A stretch of 42,328 bases of DNA from Octopus bimaculoides (Eukaryota), in assembly GCF_001194135.2 (NCBI RefSeq), contig NC_068994.1, forward strand, positions 53,163,758 to 53,206,085. Reading direction: 5' to 3'. This document shows, in pieces, positions 24,996 to 39,066 of the stretch. The notes under the pieces were generated by a model. It was not told where the DNA came from and did not search any database. It saw only the letters and a list, made by a program, of their open reading frames with translations. A program made the position numbers and the translations under genes. Positions within the stretch are counted from its first letter, which is position 1. Each line of letters begins with the position of its first letter.

Positions 24996-26827
24996 AAGAA
25001 AGGACGACAAGGAAACGCGCGGACGATTCACATACAAGACGCAGACATGCTGTTTGATCATCAATTATCGCTAAAAAAAATGTGGCGCCAACAGCCACAA
25101 GCCGCCGGGAATAATTGAGCGAGCGTAAAGAGCGGTGACGAAGACATACAAACGACATGGGTACGAATATAAACATACATGCAAAATATTAGCCTTACGT
25201 CTATGAGACAGCATTTAGACAAGACGTGCAGAATTAACGCTAATGGAAAATGATGTCCTATAGGATTTGAAAATGAAAGTAGAGAGATGGCTATATGCAG
25301 AGATAGACAGAACGAAAGATGGGAAATGAAAACGAAACTGGTGTGGACTGAAGGTGACTGCGATGCATATATATGTATATACTCACATACTCGTGCATAA
25401 ATGCATCCAGTACCTATATAGAGAGAGAAAGTTGTATACATACATACACACATATATGTATATATATATATANNNNNNNNNNNNNNNNNNNNNNNNNNNN
25501 NNNNNNNNNNNNNNNNNNNNNNNNNNNNNNNNNNNNNNNNNNNNNNNNNNNNNNNNNNNNNNNNNNNNNNNNNNNNNNNNNNNNNNNNNNNNNNNNNNNN
25601 NNNNNNNNNNNNNNNNNNNNNNNNNNNNNNNNNATATATATGTATATATATATACATATATATAAATATACATACATATATATATACATATAAGTATATA
25701 CACACATATATATACACGCGCATGTAGAAGGTGCATGTATTCATCAGGAGTACACATTATTTTGGGTGTTGGACATCAACCACTCATCTACTCACTAACA
25801 CACACAAACAACAAATCAATTCAAATTGAATTTTCTATACATTTTGTATTGAATTTTTTGTTTTCGCTTTTGCTTTCAGTAAAATGTATTGTATTTCCTG
25901 TAAAAAAAAAAATTGTGAACGCATTTCCTGTTCAACGAATGAAAAGATAGAGAGATACAGAGACAAACAGACAGAGTGAAATAGAGTGATACAGCGAAAA
26001 GAAATAGAGAGGGGTTAACAAGCAAAAAGAAAATTGGATCGAGAGACAGAGCAATGGAGAGCGTGTGTGACAGGTGTACTGTTAATTATAGATATGTACG
26101 AGTAGATGTGGACGCTTTCTTAAAAACATCATTGAAGCTTTTCTTGGCCTCATTTGGGGAATAATAAAATCAGGAACCAATACCAATGACAGCTAGTTAA
26201 GTGTGTTAGAAACAACAATACAAAAGCAGAACACGAATTCCGGGGCTGACACAAAACTGGCACATCTGGCCCTTTCTGATTTGTTATTTGTAAAAGAAAA
26301 AATAGAAAAATTAATGAAGATATACTAAATTTTTGCAGAAAGAAAAAACGCTCGCTTCTCCAGTTTGTTTTCTTGTTTTTTTTTTTTTTGTTCTTTTTAA
26401 TGTTTCACGTCATGGTAGATAGTGTTGCATCATCAGATGTGCTCTTCTGGTATTTAAGAAATTTTATAAATTACGCACGCACACGCACACACACACACTG
26501 TATCTGATCTTTCTTTTTCTCTCTCACCCTCCTCTCTTTCTCTCACCCTCTCTCTCTCTCTGTCTTAATATATCATATAATTTAATAAAATATAACATTA
26601 TTACACGAAACTGNNNNNNNNNNNNNNNNNNNNNNNNNNNNNNNNNNNNNNNNNNNNNNNNNNNNNNNNNNNNNNNNNNNNNNNNNNNNNNNNNNNNNNN
26701 NNNNNNNNNNNNNNNNNNNNNNNNNNNNNNNNNNNNNNNNNNNNNNNNNNNNNNNNNNAATGTTTAGGCTTAGCCAAATTATAAGTCAAATACATAGGCT
26801 TAGCCAAATTATAAGTCAAATACATAT

Positions 26828-26867
<40 letters not shown>

Positions 26868-28240
26868 ATGTATTATTTGTTTGTCTATTTATTTATTTTA
26901 TGGGTTAATTGTAATTTTTCTTCTACTACAAAGCCTTTTTTGAACGCAGCACACCCAATACTTTCAGGAAAATGTATACACTAAAACGCTTTTTTCATAC
27001 GAAAAGTTCTAAGTAAAACGAAATTCTTTAACTTGTGTATTCACACACCTATACATTGCCAGTAATTTATAAGTGAATAAGTTGAGTAAAATCATTTATT
27101 TGCTAAGTTGAAAACTTAAATTTATTTTATTTAAGCACAAAATATATTCATCACATGTGCATATTTTCTGAGTATTTTTTTGTATATACATACATCCCCC
27201 TCAAACGCAAGCACACACAAACACAAACACACACACACATGTTTAATAATTCGAAAATATAATATTCATAACAAATGAAAGAGCTGCAAAAGATTACCGA
27301 AGATATTTTGTTCCCCCAATCCACCGCTTGTACAATGAATAGTTAGTCAGTTATATTTTGATTATGCCCCCTTAAAATATTATTTACAATAACACGTGAC
27401 AAATAACAAACAACGAAAACGAAGACGTATTAAAGGATCCACGGGGAACACGAAAATACTAAACTAACTAACTTCAAACCATCGCATTTCTACACATTGA
27501 AAAACGTGATAAATAATATAAACAGCAAACTGAATCAATGGAATCCAACGAACGACTTGTGGGGAACGTCGTAAAGCGACCTTAATGAGATCACGCTATG
27601 GAATTTTATCCAAACTTTGTGAGAACAAGGAAATGGTGGTTTTTCAAAATACTAGATGTCAATACAATGCCCCAATTCATATTGGTTGCGTGCATTAAAA
27701 TATAATTATATGTTACTGTGGAATCTCGAAGCAAAGAAACAAAATTTACAAGTGCTGCATGCATAATATTGAGCCCCCTTAGACGCTTGTATGCGGTCAT
27801 TCAACCTCCTGGAAATGTGAGAATTTTCAAATCTCCTTCACACAATGCCCCAATATAAACGGAGGTGTTAATGTAATGGTTTGTTGTTTAGGTACAAAGT
27901 TTGTAATATGGAGAGTAGTGTGTTTGTCAATATCATCGAATCTGGAGGTATTAAATATGAATTTGACATTAATGGAATTTGAACTCTGAACGTAAAAAGC
28001 CTAAGTAGCAAAGCATTGTTTTTTTGTTCGACGTCGTAACGATTCTGCCAATCCACCCTCCAGGAGACTTCGGGTAGGAACGTAAAATATTACACACTGT
28101 CTGATTGAGGAACGCTGGATAGACAGAATGGTCGTAGTTGAAATGTCTTTGAACATAAGTCTATTTCATAACAGCGGATTCGGAGATAAATAACAACAGC
28201 AGCAAAAGCAATAACTTCCACATCATCAACACCAACTACC

Positions 28241-28242
<2 letters not shown>

Positions 28243-28332
<90 letters not shown>

Positions 28333-28335
28333 GTG
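28243..28335 (+). repeat. (TG)n microsatellite
   Basis: Direct reading of the sequence. Confidence 0.97.
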
Positions 28336-28719
28336 CTAAGCAGCCATATTATGAGCCAGCAGACACTATGAGCATAAAGAGTCACATGAGATATGGAAAT
28401 GAAGAAAAAAAAATACCCTTGTATCACAGTGAACAAAGGAACGAAAATACAAGTATATTGACAAACGTGTATTGTTTAATAATGATTTCTAACATAGACA
28501 CAAAGCTGCAAATTACAGGGAAAAGAGCAATTGATAACATAAGCAGAAAGTTTGGAATTGTATTTATTTATTGTTTGCGAAACAATGAAATGAAATTTGA
28601 CCTCTGCAGGTTTTTAAACGGAAACGTTGAGCGACGTAAGTATTTTCAAGCAAATAATCTGTCGCTCACTAGAAATATTTTTTGTCTTTCTAATTTTCGA
28701 ATAAATACAGCACTTTTGA

Positions 28720-28865
28720 AGGGACGAGAAAGTCAATTACATCGACTCCAGCACCTGGCTGGTACTTTATTTTATCTAACTCGAAAGGTTAAAAAGCAAT
28801 GTTAATATCGGCGGGATTTGAACACACAATGTAAAGAGCCGAAACAGATAGCGCAATGCATTTTT
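28720..28865 (-). mobile_element. SINE type A, partial (other partials at about 27972-28058, 29180-29271, 35900-36020)
   Basis: attacatcgactccagc..ctggtactttattt..gaaagg..aaagcaatgt..cggcgggatttgaac. Confidence 0.78.
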
Positions 28866-30124
28866 TTTCTTTCCCCGAACGCTGAAAATAAATTTAGAGC
28901 TTTCCAGATTTCCGTTCTTCTCTGTGTATAGTTTCGAAGGATGTTGAATTTAACTTAACTAATTTATGTCTCATGTTATGCCGTATTGAAGGTTCCGAAA
29001 GAGCATGAAATGACGCTATACGCCGTTACAAACGACCAAAAAGCTGAACTCTATCTTACGTAAGAGAAAAAATAATAATAATTGAACCTTAAACATACGT
29101 TTTCTTTTTAATGTAACCTAGAAGTGACTTTCTCCCTCTAATGGTAAAATGACCTGAGACAAAACACGTATCCAACACACTTCCAGAATCGCCGGGGTAA
29201 AGGCTTCCCAGCATTTCATCTGTCTTTATGTGGTGAGTTCAAATTCCACCGATGTTGACTTTGTCTTTCATNNNNNNNNNNNNNNNNNNNNNNNNNNNNN
29301 NNNNNNNNNNNNNNNNNNNNNNNNNNNNNNNNNNNNNNNNNNNNNNNNNNNNNNNNNNNNNNNNNNNNNNNNNNNNNNNNNNNNNNNNNNNNNNNNNNNN
29401 NNNNNNNNNNNNNNNNNNNNNNNNNNNNNNNNNNNNNNNNNNNNNNNNNNNNNNNNNNNNNNNNNNNNNNNNNNNNNNNNNNNNNNNNNNNNNNNNNNNN
29501 NNNNNNNNNNNNNNNNNNNNNNNNNNNNNNNNNNNNNNNNNNNNATATATATATATATATATATATATACAGATATATATAAGCATGAAATGTGATAAGA
29601 AAGAAATGCCTGGTTGGTGATGCATGAAATGTATTTGATTGATCTAGATGTGCACCATTAATGCCAGCTTTGATCTAAAGAACAGCAACAACAACAGCAA
29701 TAATTAGAAACAAATGGTTCTTATTTAATGTCTTCTTCATCTTGATTATGCTTAAAGTACATTGTTTAAGATAACATGTAACGCCGGCCAACGCCAAGGA
29801 AATATTAAAGGAACACGTGATGCTAAACAAATCAATTTGCTACCATCCCTATACTTATATATTGAAAAGGTGATTAATACTAAAAACTGCAATCGGATCA
29901 ATAGAATCCTATCAAGCTTTTGTAAGGAAGGTTTTAGCTTGTTCTTAATGGGATCACGCTACAAAATATAGCTGTGATCCAGTGAATGAGAAAACGAATT
30001 TCTTACAAAAGATTAATAGCCATCAAAAAGACCCATGTTCGTATTACTGAGTGAGTGAGTGAGTGATGGTAGTCTTTTGTGGTCCGAGAAAGAAGATTAG
30101 ATTCTGAAACTTCTAGTTGAACAA

Positions 30125-30363
30125 CCTGTACATATGATTGTTTACAGTGATCAAATATACGTGCTGTGCTTTAGCTCGCTGCCTCGATCCATCAGACCAT
30201 TATTGCCTGTACGCCACATGTCAGGTGTTGAAGTGATTGTATTGTAAACCGATGTGAGATGAAGTGGTTTGCTCAAGAACATTGTGCACCATCCAGTACA
30301 GGAATTGAAACTACAATCTAGATATTGGGAGTGCAATACTTTAAGCTCTGGGCCATGCACTCC
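30125..30363 (-). mobile_element. SINE type D variant with a third kind of 3' domain
   Basis: Minus strand: tggcccagagc (A box), agtttcaattcc (B box), ttcttgagcaaaccacttcatctcac, then acacctgacatgtgg..atttgatcactgtaaacaatc. Confidence 0.75.
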
Positions 30364-30373
30364 CGTTCTTACT

Positions 30374-30576
30374 GTTGTTGGCACTCCGTCGGTTACGACA
30401 ACGAGTGTTCCAGTTGATCCGATCAACGGAACAGCCTGCTCGTGAAATTAACGTGCAAGTGGCTGAGCACTCCACAGACACGTGTACCCTTAACGTAGTT
30501 CTCGTGGAGATTCAGCGTGACACAGAGTGTGACAAGACCACGAGTACGCTGCCCTAACCACTGGGCCATTGCACCT
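30374..30576 (-). mobile_element. SINE type C with an internal deletion that removes the B box
   Basis: The head ggtgcaatggcccagtggttagggcagcgtactcg is fused directly to ttgtcacactctgtgtcacgctgaatctc; compare the full copy at 41610. Confidence 0.88.
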
Positions 30577-31414
30577 CCACCCGTTCTTATTACAAACATG
30601 CATAAAAAAAACTCATTAAAGCTACGGGCGAAACATGAATCCAACAAGATAACATTAAGGCGTGTTAGACCAAGGAGAATCTACGAAGTCATTGTTAGAA
30701 ATAACAACCAAATCTCTTTTACATTATACATTTTCTCTTTAAAAAATGCGGTCTGGACATGAAATTCATGCTGCATTATGTTTGAATTAAAACGACGTAT
30801 TGTTAGAGAAAGAAGAGATTATTAATTGACGTATTTTGCTGACAAATTTGGAGTATTTTGTGTTATATTAACCCATTAAGTGCCAAATTTTTTAATTCAT
30901 ACTTTTTGGCTTTGTCAGGTGTCTCAGGAGTTAAAAAAATATATAGTATTTAAATTTTCTTCGCATGTGAATTATTTTGGAAATTATAAATTTTTCGGAA
31001 AGTCCGTAATGGGGGATCACTCAAAAAAAAGCATAATTATCTTTTTCTGTTCAATTGCAATAATAAACATTTTCGGTTTTTTTTTTTGGTTTTTTTTTTA
31101 AACTATAGCATCAAATGCGAATGTGTATGAAATATCAATGAATGATACAGATGGGAAATGCAAAAAGAAAAATGAATTAAAGTTTTAAAAATAGTCGATA
31201 TTTTTGTAGTTCAAAAATTGCGATTTATGACATAAAATGTCCTCCAGAGCTAATATTGACAAACTTTAACTATTAAATACTGTTAAATACACCTCTGCAA
31301 ATGCAATGCACATAAGCAATTCACTTTCAATACAAAGAACAACCAGGAGTGAGAGTGTCTTTAGTAGATCCCCAAATGGGACACATGGCAGACATTGGAT
31401 TAATTCGTGTGAAA

Positions 31415-31715
31415 ACTCGTGGCCTTGTGGTTAGGACATTGCACTCACGCTCGTTAAATCATGGTTTCAATTCTCGGACGAGTGGACGTATTGTGTTCGT
31501 GAGCAAAACACTTTATTTCACGTTGTTCCAGTCCACTCAGCTGTAAATGGATAACCTTGTGACGAAATAGTTTTCCGATCTGGTAGAAAATTAGACTGCT
31601 GGCCTAGCAGGCGGCATGGCATTATTAGAATGCAAAAACAATGTCAACCACATTGTGACCAGCGATGTATAACGACATCCAATAGTCTGGCCGGTATGGC
31701 GTGTACCGTGATATT
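31415..31715 (+). mobile_element. SINE type D variant
   Basis: A box tggccttgtgg at 31420, B box ggtttcaattct at 31463, gagcaaaacactttatttcacgttgttccagtccactcagctgtaaatgg, then a distinct tail aatgcaaaaacaatg..cattgtgaccagcgatgt. Confidence 0.78.
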
Positions 31716-32312
31716 AATTCTTAGAGGTTTGGTTTATACAAATCATACGGCCTATGTGTGGAGCTGTTGTTGATCAGTTGGAGTTCAGGTCTGATGAAGT
31801 AGTCAAATAACGAACGACGCATCAACTGTGACCAACCATCTTTTTATTTAAGCAAAATGAATCAAGAATTTACATTACACAATGTTTCCCTTTTTCGGAC
31901 GGAGATTAATGGTAAGGAGATTTGGCTATTATTCCAAGCAGGTCGAGAAACCAAGTAGCTACTACTCAATGTAAGACTTGTAACTGTCGTTTCGCTCATT
32001 CGTTTATTCTTTTGTCGTTCCACTGTAGTTTTGATCTGCATTATGAAGTTACACTACTCATAGGATTCCTTGGTTGATGATTAATCTTTTGAAAACATTC
32101 CATTTCTCCTCACTGGATATTAAATAGGCTTGGCAGCATGATTCCAATGAACTCATGTTACGACATTCTTGACAAACACTTCATAGCATTCTTACAATTC
32201 TAGTGTGATAGCATTTATCATTTGCAGTATTAATCACGTTCTCGATAAATAATTAACGATGGAAGTAATAACAACACCACCAACAGCAACAATAACAACA
32301 ATTATGATAACA

Positions 32313-32522
32313 GTTTCAAATTTTGTGACAAGGCCAGCAGTTTCTGGGGAGGGGTAGGTCAATTATATCAAACTCTGTGCGCAACGGGGTCTTATTATAT
32401 AGAAACCCAAAGAATGAACGACAAGGATGACCTCCACGAAATTTGAACTCAGAACATAAAAACGGAGGAAATACCACTAAGTATTTCGTTCGGCGTGCTA
32501 ACGATTCTGCCAGCTCATCAAC
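32313..32522 (-). mobile_element. SINE type A
   Basis: gaaatttgaactcagaac..cggcgtgctaacgattctgccagctc is the reverse complement of the type A head. Confidence 0.82.
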
Positions 32523-32524
32523 TT

Positions 32525-32539
32525 AACAACAACAACAAC

Positions 32540-32597
<58 letters not shown>
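32525..32597 (+). repeat. (AAC)n/(AAT)n microsatellite
   Basis: Direct reading of the sequence. Confidence 0.96.
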
Positions 32598-32599
<2 letters not shown>

Positions 32600-32618
<19 letters not shown>

Positions 32619-33120
32619 GTTTTCATTATAATTGTTTTGTCTTGGTGTAAAAGACGGGCTACAGCAAATACTTTCCTCAATACCACAGACTTGCTTGCCA
32701 GTTATTTGATCTTAACCAGTTGAGTGTGTCCCTTAGTGGTTGACGATATGTGCATCTATGATCATGACCAGAAGTAGTGGGGGAGCATCATTGCCATGTG
32801 TTGAGAGGAATTCTTTGATGTGTTTCGTTCAACATCCTCAAACAACCCTTACTCAGGGACCTTTTCAGTGGGATGAGAGACTCGACCTGAAGAAAATTCT
32901 AACTGGGTCCCGCCTGCATGGCCATGCGCTGATTATCTTGATATGAGATCACCATGTTGCACCGATTTGGTTGTGATGCATGTGCCTGGTGTACCCTTAT
33001 CAGACGAGTAGTCATGAAGTGTATACTGAGCTTCGTATATTTTACCCCAGTGTCACTTTGATGGCATGCACTGCTCTCTCACTCAATAATTATAATAATA
33101 ACCACAATAACAACAACAAC
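32600..33120 (+). mobile_element. About 490-bp putative retroposon 3' fragment with an (AAT/AAC)n tail
   Basis: Balanced-composition block with no long ORF, ending ..gcactgctctctcactc followed by aataattataataataac. Single copy in the window; I recall it as a dispersed octopus repeat but cannot verify this. Confidence 0.5.
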
Positions 33121-33474
33121 GTTAGAAATTTATATATCATATATCGCTTGTCGGAACAACCTAGTGATTAGCGCTACTTTGCAGTATCCGTCCTTCCTTT
33201 TTTTCTCATTTTCTTTTTCTTGTTACACATCCTATTAACTGGTTCTTAAGTGTGATATATGTTCTGTTCTGTTTCATTAGATTTTAATATCTTATTCATC
33301 CAATAACATAATCAAACTCCATTTGATTTTTGTACGCTACAATACGTGTAGCACTTGTATCTTTAGTGGCAGTTTACTCCATTGGTTCATTTCCGGGCAA
33401 TTTGATTTTCTAGTGTTAAATGGTTTATTCTAGTAGTCTGAAGGAGTTATCATTATGAACGTTTGTTTACATGT

Positions 33475-33506
<32 letters not shown>

Positions 33507-35582
33507 NNNNNNNNNNNNNNNNNNNNNNNNNNNNNNNNNNNNNNNNNNNNNNNNNNNNNNNNNNNNNNNNNNNNNNNNNNNNNNNNNNNNNNNNNNNNNN
33601 NNNNNNNNNNNNNNNNNNNNNNNNNNNNNNNNNNNNNNNNNNNNNNNNNNNNNNNNNNNNNNNNNNNNNNNNNNNNNNNNNNNNNNNNNNNNNNNNNNNN
33701 NNNNNNNNNNNNNNNNNNNNNNNNNNNNNNNNNNNNNNNNNNNNNNNNNNNNNNNNNNNNNNNNNNNNNNNNNNNNNNNNNNNNNNNNNNNNNNNNNNNN
33801 NNNNNNNNNNNNNNNNNNNNNNNNNNNNNNNNNNNNNNNNNNNNNNNNNNNNNNNNNNNNNNNNNNNNNNNNNNNNNNNNNNNNNNNNNNNNNNNNNNNN
33901 NNNNNNNNNNNNNNNNNNNNNNNNNNNNNNNNNNNNNNNNNNNNNNNNNNNNNNNNNNNNNNNNNNNNNNNNNNNNNNNNTATATATATATATATATATA
34001 TATATATTCTTCAGCCATGTGTACTGGACACCATGAGAAGAATAGTGTCCAATATGTAATGGGTTAATGGGTTATGTAATCGATGGATATGTCAACTGAA
34101 GTCCTTGTACATGGGTATGAGCGTGCGTTTGTGTTTGTTTGTGCGTGTGTACACACACGTTTTTGTGTGTGTGCGTGCGTGTGTGTGTATGTGTTTGTGT
34201 GTGTGTTTGGATGGGTGCGCACATATGCATTTAGATGCGCAAAGGACAACCTGAGTAATCGGTTCCTCGTTATTTCTGCTTCTATTCAATAGCAAGAATT
34301 ATGTCGCAGTTACTTTAAAACTCAATCAGTTTTCGTCCCAAATTTCCCTGTCAAAGACTCAAGAAACAATGATGCCAAGAATAATCAATCTTAGTTTCTT
34401 TTTGTATAAACTTAAAGATAAAATCAACAACTAAAAACATCGATTTATTGCCTGCATTTTGCTTTCAGTCCCGGTAAGTCAATCGATAGCAAGATTCTAC
34501 AAAGATTTTGGAAGAATGCATTATCAAAAGCAACTTGCTTCTACTTGCATTCAGAAAGCAATTTCTCATTCAATCTTTCTTAATTGTTATATTTACGAAA
34601 ATACCGTCTCAATTGTTAGATTTAACCCATCATATCATATTGCAGTTATCGATTTTTTTTACGGTGCATACATTATCGATTAAACACAGAGCTTTCATAC
34701 ACAAAAACTTTATATACACACATTGAAGTAAAACTGATCCATAGACGATTAAATCACCAGCTACTCCAGTAGATGTCTGGTATTTATTTTATTAATTCTA
34801 TTCATGAAAATCAAAATAACTTTTGTAGTCTTCGAAAGCAGAAAAATTAAAATTTCTTAACTAATGTAGTCCATGAGCGTGAAGATATTTGATTAGAGAC
34901 ATACAAACTGTACCCATGCTGCAATAAATTCAGAAACATTGTGTAATACAATTTTAGAAGTATCATCTCTCTCTCGCAGTATTTCAGCTCAGAAATTAAT
35001 GTTTCTTGACTAAGGTAGTCCTTGGACATGGAGATATTAGGTCACAGACGAACAATAGAAATACATCATGCTTTATATTCAGACCCATTGATTAATGTAC
35101 AATTAAAAACATTATCAGTTTTAGCAGTATTCGAACTCAGAAATTCAAGTTTCTTAACTAAACGAACAAAATATTTTCCGGGAATTCTACTGTGTTTAAA
35201 ATTATGAACATGAAATTTTACGGTCAGAAACGACAGAGAAACGGCCAAACAAAATGTATACTGATGTTTTATTCTTTAGCTCGGCAATCTGAGTTTAAGA
35301 CCCGTTGCTGCCGACTTTACCGTTAAGTTAACTTACATTCACGCACTAATCTACGATGTGAAATAGGATTTCTTTATTCATGCTCCTTGCAATACATATC
35401 GATGCGTCCTATACAATTTCTTGGCTTTCTGAACAATCCATAATCTTTGTTCCAGATATTAAAATGCTTTTACTAATTATACTAATTCTACAACTCCGAA
35501 TATATATCCAATCTTTACGAAACTTTCGTATTCTGAATGGCTTTCTAAGTTTCTGCCGATTAGAAATAGCAACATCTGTGTG

Positions 35583-35803
35583 TGAGCAACTGTCTTCTAC
35601 TATAGCCTCGGGTCGACCAAAACCTTGTGAGTGGATCTAGTAGGCGGAAACTGAAAGAAGCCCGTTGTAGGTATATACATATATATATTGTTGGCGTGTT
35701 TACATCACCGTAAACGATACCGATAGAATAAGTATTAGGCTTGGAAAGAATAAGTCCTGGGATCGGTTTGTTCGACAAAAGACGGTGATCCAGCATGACC
35801 GCG
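35583..35803 (+). mobile_element. SINE type B, 5'-truncated (also head at 40722-40790 and tail at 9056-9095)
   Basis: tgtcttctactatagcctcggg..ccttgtgagtggatc..ggaaactgaaagaagcccg..gatagaataagtattaggctt. Confidence 0.87.
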
Positions 35804-36056
35804 CACATGCGCGCTAATTTTAATGTGCTCGAATGCAAATGATGCCACAAATATTTCGCTCTAATTGAGGCAGAAATACGATCGAGGTCAGCAGAAGTGA
35901 GAAACAAAGATGAGTCGACACCGTCGACCTCAATACTTGACTGATATTTTATTTTGTCGACCCCGAGAGAAGGAAAGACAAATTTGGCTATAACGGGATT
36001 CGAACGCAGAACGTAATGACGTAGAATGAAAATTAAAATCATTTCAGGTGCTTAGA

Positions 36057-36110
36057 TGATGACGATGATGATGATGGTGGTGGTGATGATGATGATGGTG
36101 GTGGTGATGG

Positions 36111-36145
<35 letters not shown>

Positions 36146-36245
36146 GTCATGATGATGATGATGGTGATGATGATGATGATGATGATCATGATCATGATCA
36201 TGATTCAACGACTATGGTGATGGTGATGGTGATGGTAGTGGCGGT
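36057..36245 (+). repeat. (GAT)n/(GGT)n compound microsatellite
   Basis: Direct reading of the sequence. Confidence 0.94.
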
Positions 36246-38554
36246 GATGTTAGGCTTAGTGTCTTTGACGATGATAATAGGAACGAAGATGTTGAGAATG
36301 ATGACTAATATTGATATGGACGTCGATTTTTTCCAAGAGTGTATTGAAAACTGAAGCCTAATTATCTTTTTTAGACTGTTGCGTCGACAATAAAACGACG
36401 AAGTACTTTTTAGGAAGGAAAAAAACATCAAAGTGTCAAATTTAGTTGGGAACGACTCGGCACAGAGTGGTTACTGAGATTGATATGAAGTCAGGTGTTA
36501 AAATCACGTAGATTCTGTGAGAGAAAATGAGAGAAAAGAGTAACGGTAAGGCAATCAATGAATGGCACTACGATATTGATGGAACTTCACTGCAAAATAC
36601 GAGCAATATAAACTGTGTTATGATAGGAATAATGGTTATAATAGCGCATCGTATATAAAAAAAACGGTAATTCTTTCTTGTTCTCCCTCAGCCTATTATT
36701 TCAAAGAATTGGACATTTATTTTGTCTTTAACGCAAGTAAAACCATAAAGAAGAAAAAAAGAAAGAAAAATCTATTTTCACAGAGAATCAGATTTCGTTG
36801 CAATTAAAGCATTGTTTCGAGGGGCAATTTCTCCATGACTTGTAGTAAAAAGGTTGATATCAAAAGAATTTCGAATAACGTTGGGATTTGCTATGCATTT
36901 ACTTCTATACTGGAACTTTCGTTTCCCAATCTAACGGGAAAACTTACTCTACACAGAATAAAGATCAGGTTTCAATTTAAGAATGCAATTTAGTATTGTT
37001 CTTTGTTCCTTGATTGCCTAAAGGACATCAATAACGTTTGATCCTTATTCTCTGACATCAATGCAGATGAATTTTAGAAGTTTCACATGTTCCCCCTTCA
37101 TTCTCTTCCAATTAGATGAAACCACCTCTAGGATAATGAAACGAAGTATAGCAATTTATTTTCCAGGCAAAAGCTCATGACCAGAACTAGTTAATAGTGT
37201 GACTGCAATGAGTTAATCACATTATTAATATTGGTGATTATTGATCTCTTTTTGTAATTCATTATGCGAGGTTTTATTAGCCAAAGGCTCTTCTCAGCTA
37301 AATTGTTCCCTGTATATTGCTGCTACTCGTCAATCGAGGCATGAAATTAACTCCAGCATGGTATGAATATTTTCTACTACTTTCATGTAACAAATTCTAT
37401 ATGAGAATAAACTGTAATCATTAAAACCCTTATAACTAACATAAGAACCAGCGAGAGAGCTTCTTTACAATGTCCGTCCAATCATAGTCTACCGTTGGAA
37501 AAAGGAATATACTGTAAAATGTAGTTTAAGATACATTTTGAGTCGAACAATGAGACGGGATGGGCATGCTTGGATTGACTTCGGCAAAGGTGTGGTTATT
37601 CAAGGGAAATTTCGGTTAAAAACTGTATACCAAAAATAGGGTCTCATGAAGGATTGAGGCACACTGCATTAGTTAAATTGTTTCAGTATCTGTCAGTATT
37701 CAGAATATATATTCTGATTGCGTGATTTAACAATAATTATACGAAAATAACTACGTAACACACTATAGGACTTAATCTTTAATTGAATCTGTATAAAAGC
37801 TACGTTTGGCTTTTTTTTTTTTCTAAATTGAACAGAGGAGAAAGGTGTGTCTTTCCTTCAGAATACAATGTAAGCGTGTGAAAGGCAGTTACCACTCAGG
37901 AGATTCTGAAAATAGAGTAATTCTTTATGGTGAAACATGCAAATACATTTGTGCAAATGAGGGCTTGCTGGCTTTTCAATGTTACTTTTTGTTTCTTTAA
38001 AAGCGATGCAAGAAACCGAATTGTAGCATATTGTCCAGTAGCTTGCTTAGAAACCACATGGGCCATATATATATATATATATATATATAGCAAAACGGGA
38101 AGCTGTAAAATATTTTGGCATTATTTATTCATTATTACACATGTTTCATTTGCTACTAGGAATTACGAGGTTTTACATGTTAGATAAATACGTAAGAAAT
38201 TTCCTCTCAGCAATTTTTAAAAACAAAGAAACAAATAATACAGATAACATATTATTATGTGTTTCTCTTGCTGAAGAAATTCTAATAGGAAATATCTTAC
38301 ATGTTTACGTAACATTTAAATCTAACAAATGCAATGGTAAATAAATAAAACCAAGAAATTTTTCCAACGTATTGTTTTGTTAAATAAGTCTGCAAACAAT
38401 ATTTCCAGAATCTTAACATTAATATCTATCTTGCATCAATGCAACAATGACAGCATCTACTGAATTATAATACTGAATTATAATACGGGAATAAGCAGAT
38501 GTGCTTCGAGAGAAAACTTTGGATTTATATGTGCGCGTATAAATATATATATAA

Positions 38555-39027
38555 TTGTTACTATATATGCCTAGGGGGTTAGAACACCTACAATGCTAGA
38601 AATAAGAACTAAAACGCTCTAACTTAGTATTTAAAGCACATAACTGTATACATGTATACTGACAGGGACTCTAATCACCCGAGAGCACCAGTCGAGAATT
38701 CCCTTTACTTATGTGTTAGTTTCGGCTAATTCCGTAGCCTCATCAGTACACGGTTAAAATACCTATATATATATATATATATATATATNNNNNNNNNNNN
38801 NNNNNNNNNNNNNNNNNNNNNNNNNNNNNNNNNNNNNNNNNNNNNNNNNNNNNNNNNNNNNNNNNNNNNNNNNNNNNNNNNNNNNNNNNNNNNNNNNNNN
38901 NNNNNNNNNNNNNNNNNNNNNNNNNNNNNNNNNNNNNNNNNNNNNNNNNNNNNNNNNNNNNNNNNNNNNNNNNNNNNNNNNNNNNNNNNNNNNNNNNNNN
39001 NNNNNNNNNNNNNNNNNNNNNNNNNNN

Positions 39028-39066
<39 letters not shown>

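Noticed and set aside
26767-26826. 30-bp exact tandem duplication (aggcttagccaaattataagtcaaatacat x2); smaller ones near 13020 and 38460
   Set aside because: Only two units with no spacers, so not CRISPR-like. The first sits at a contig end and may be an assembly artefact; the others are ordinary slippage.
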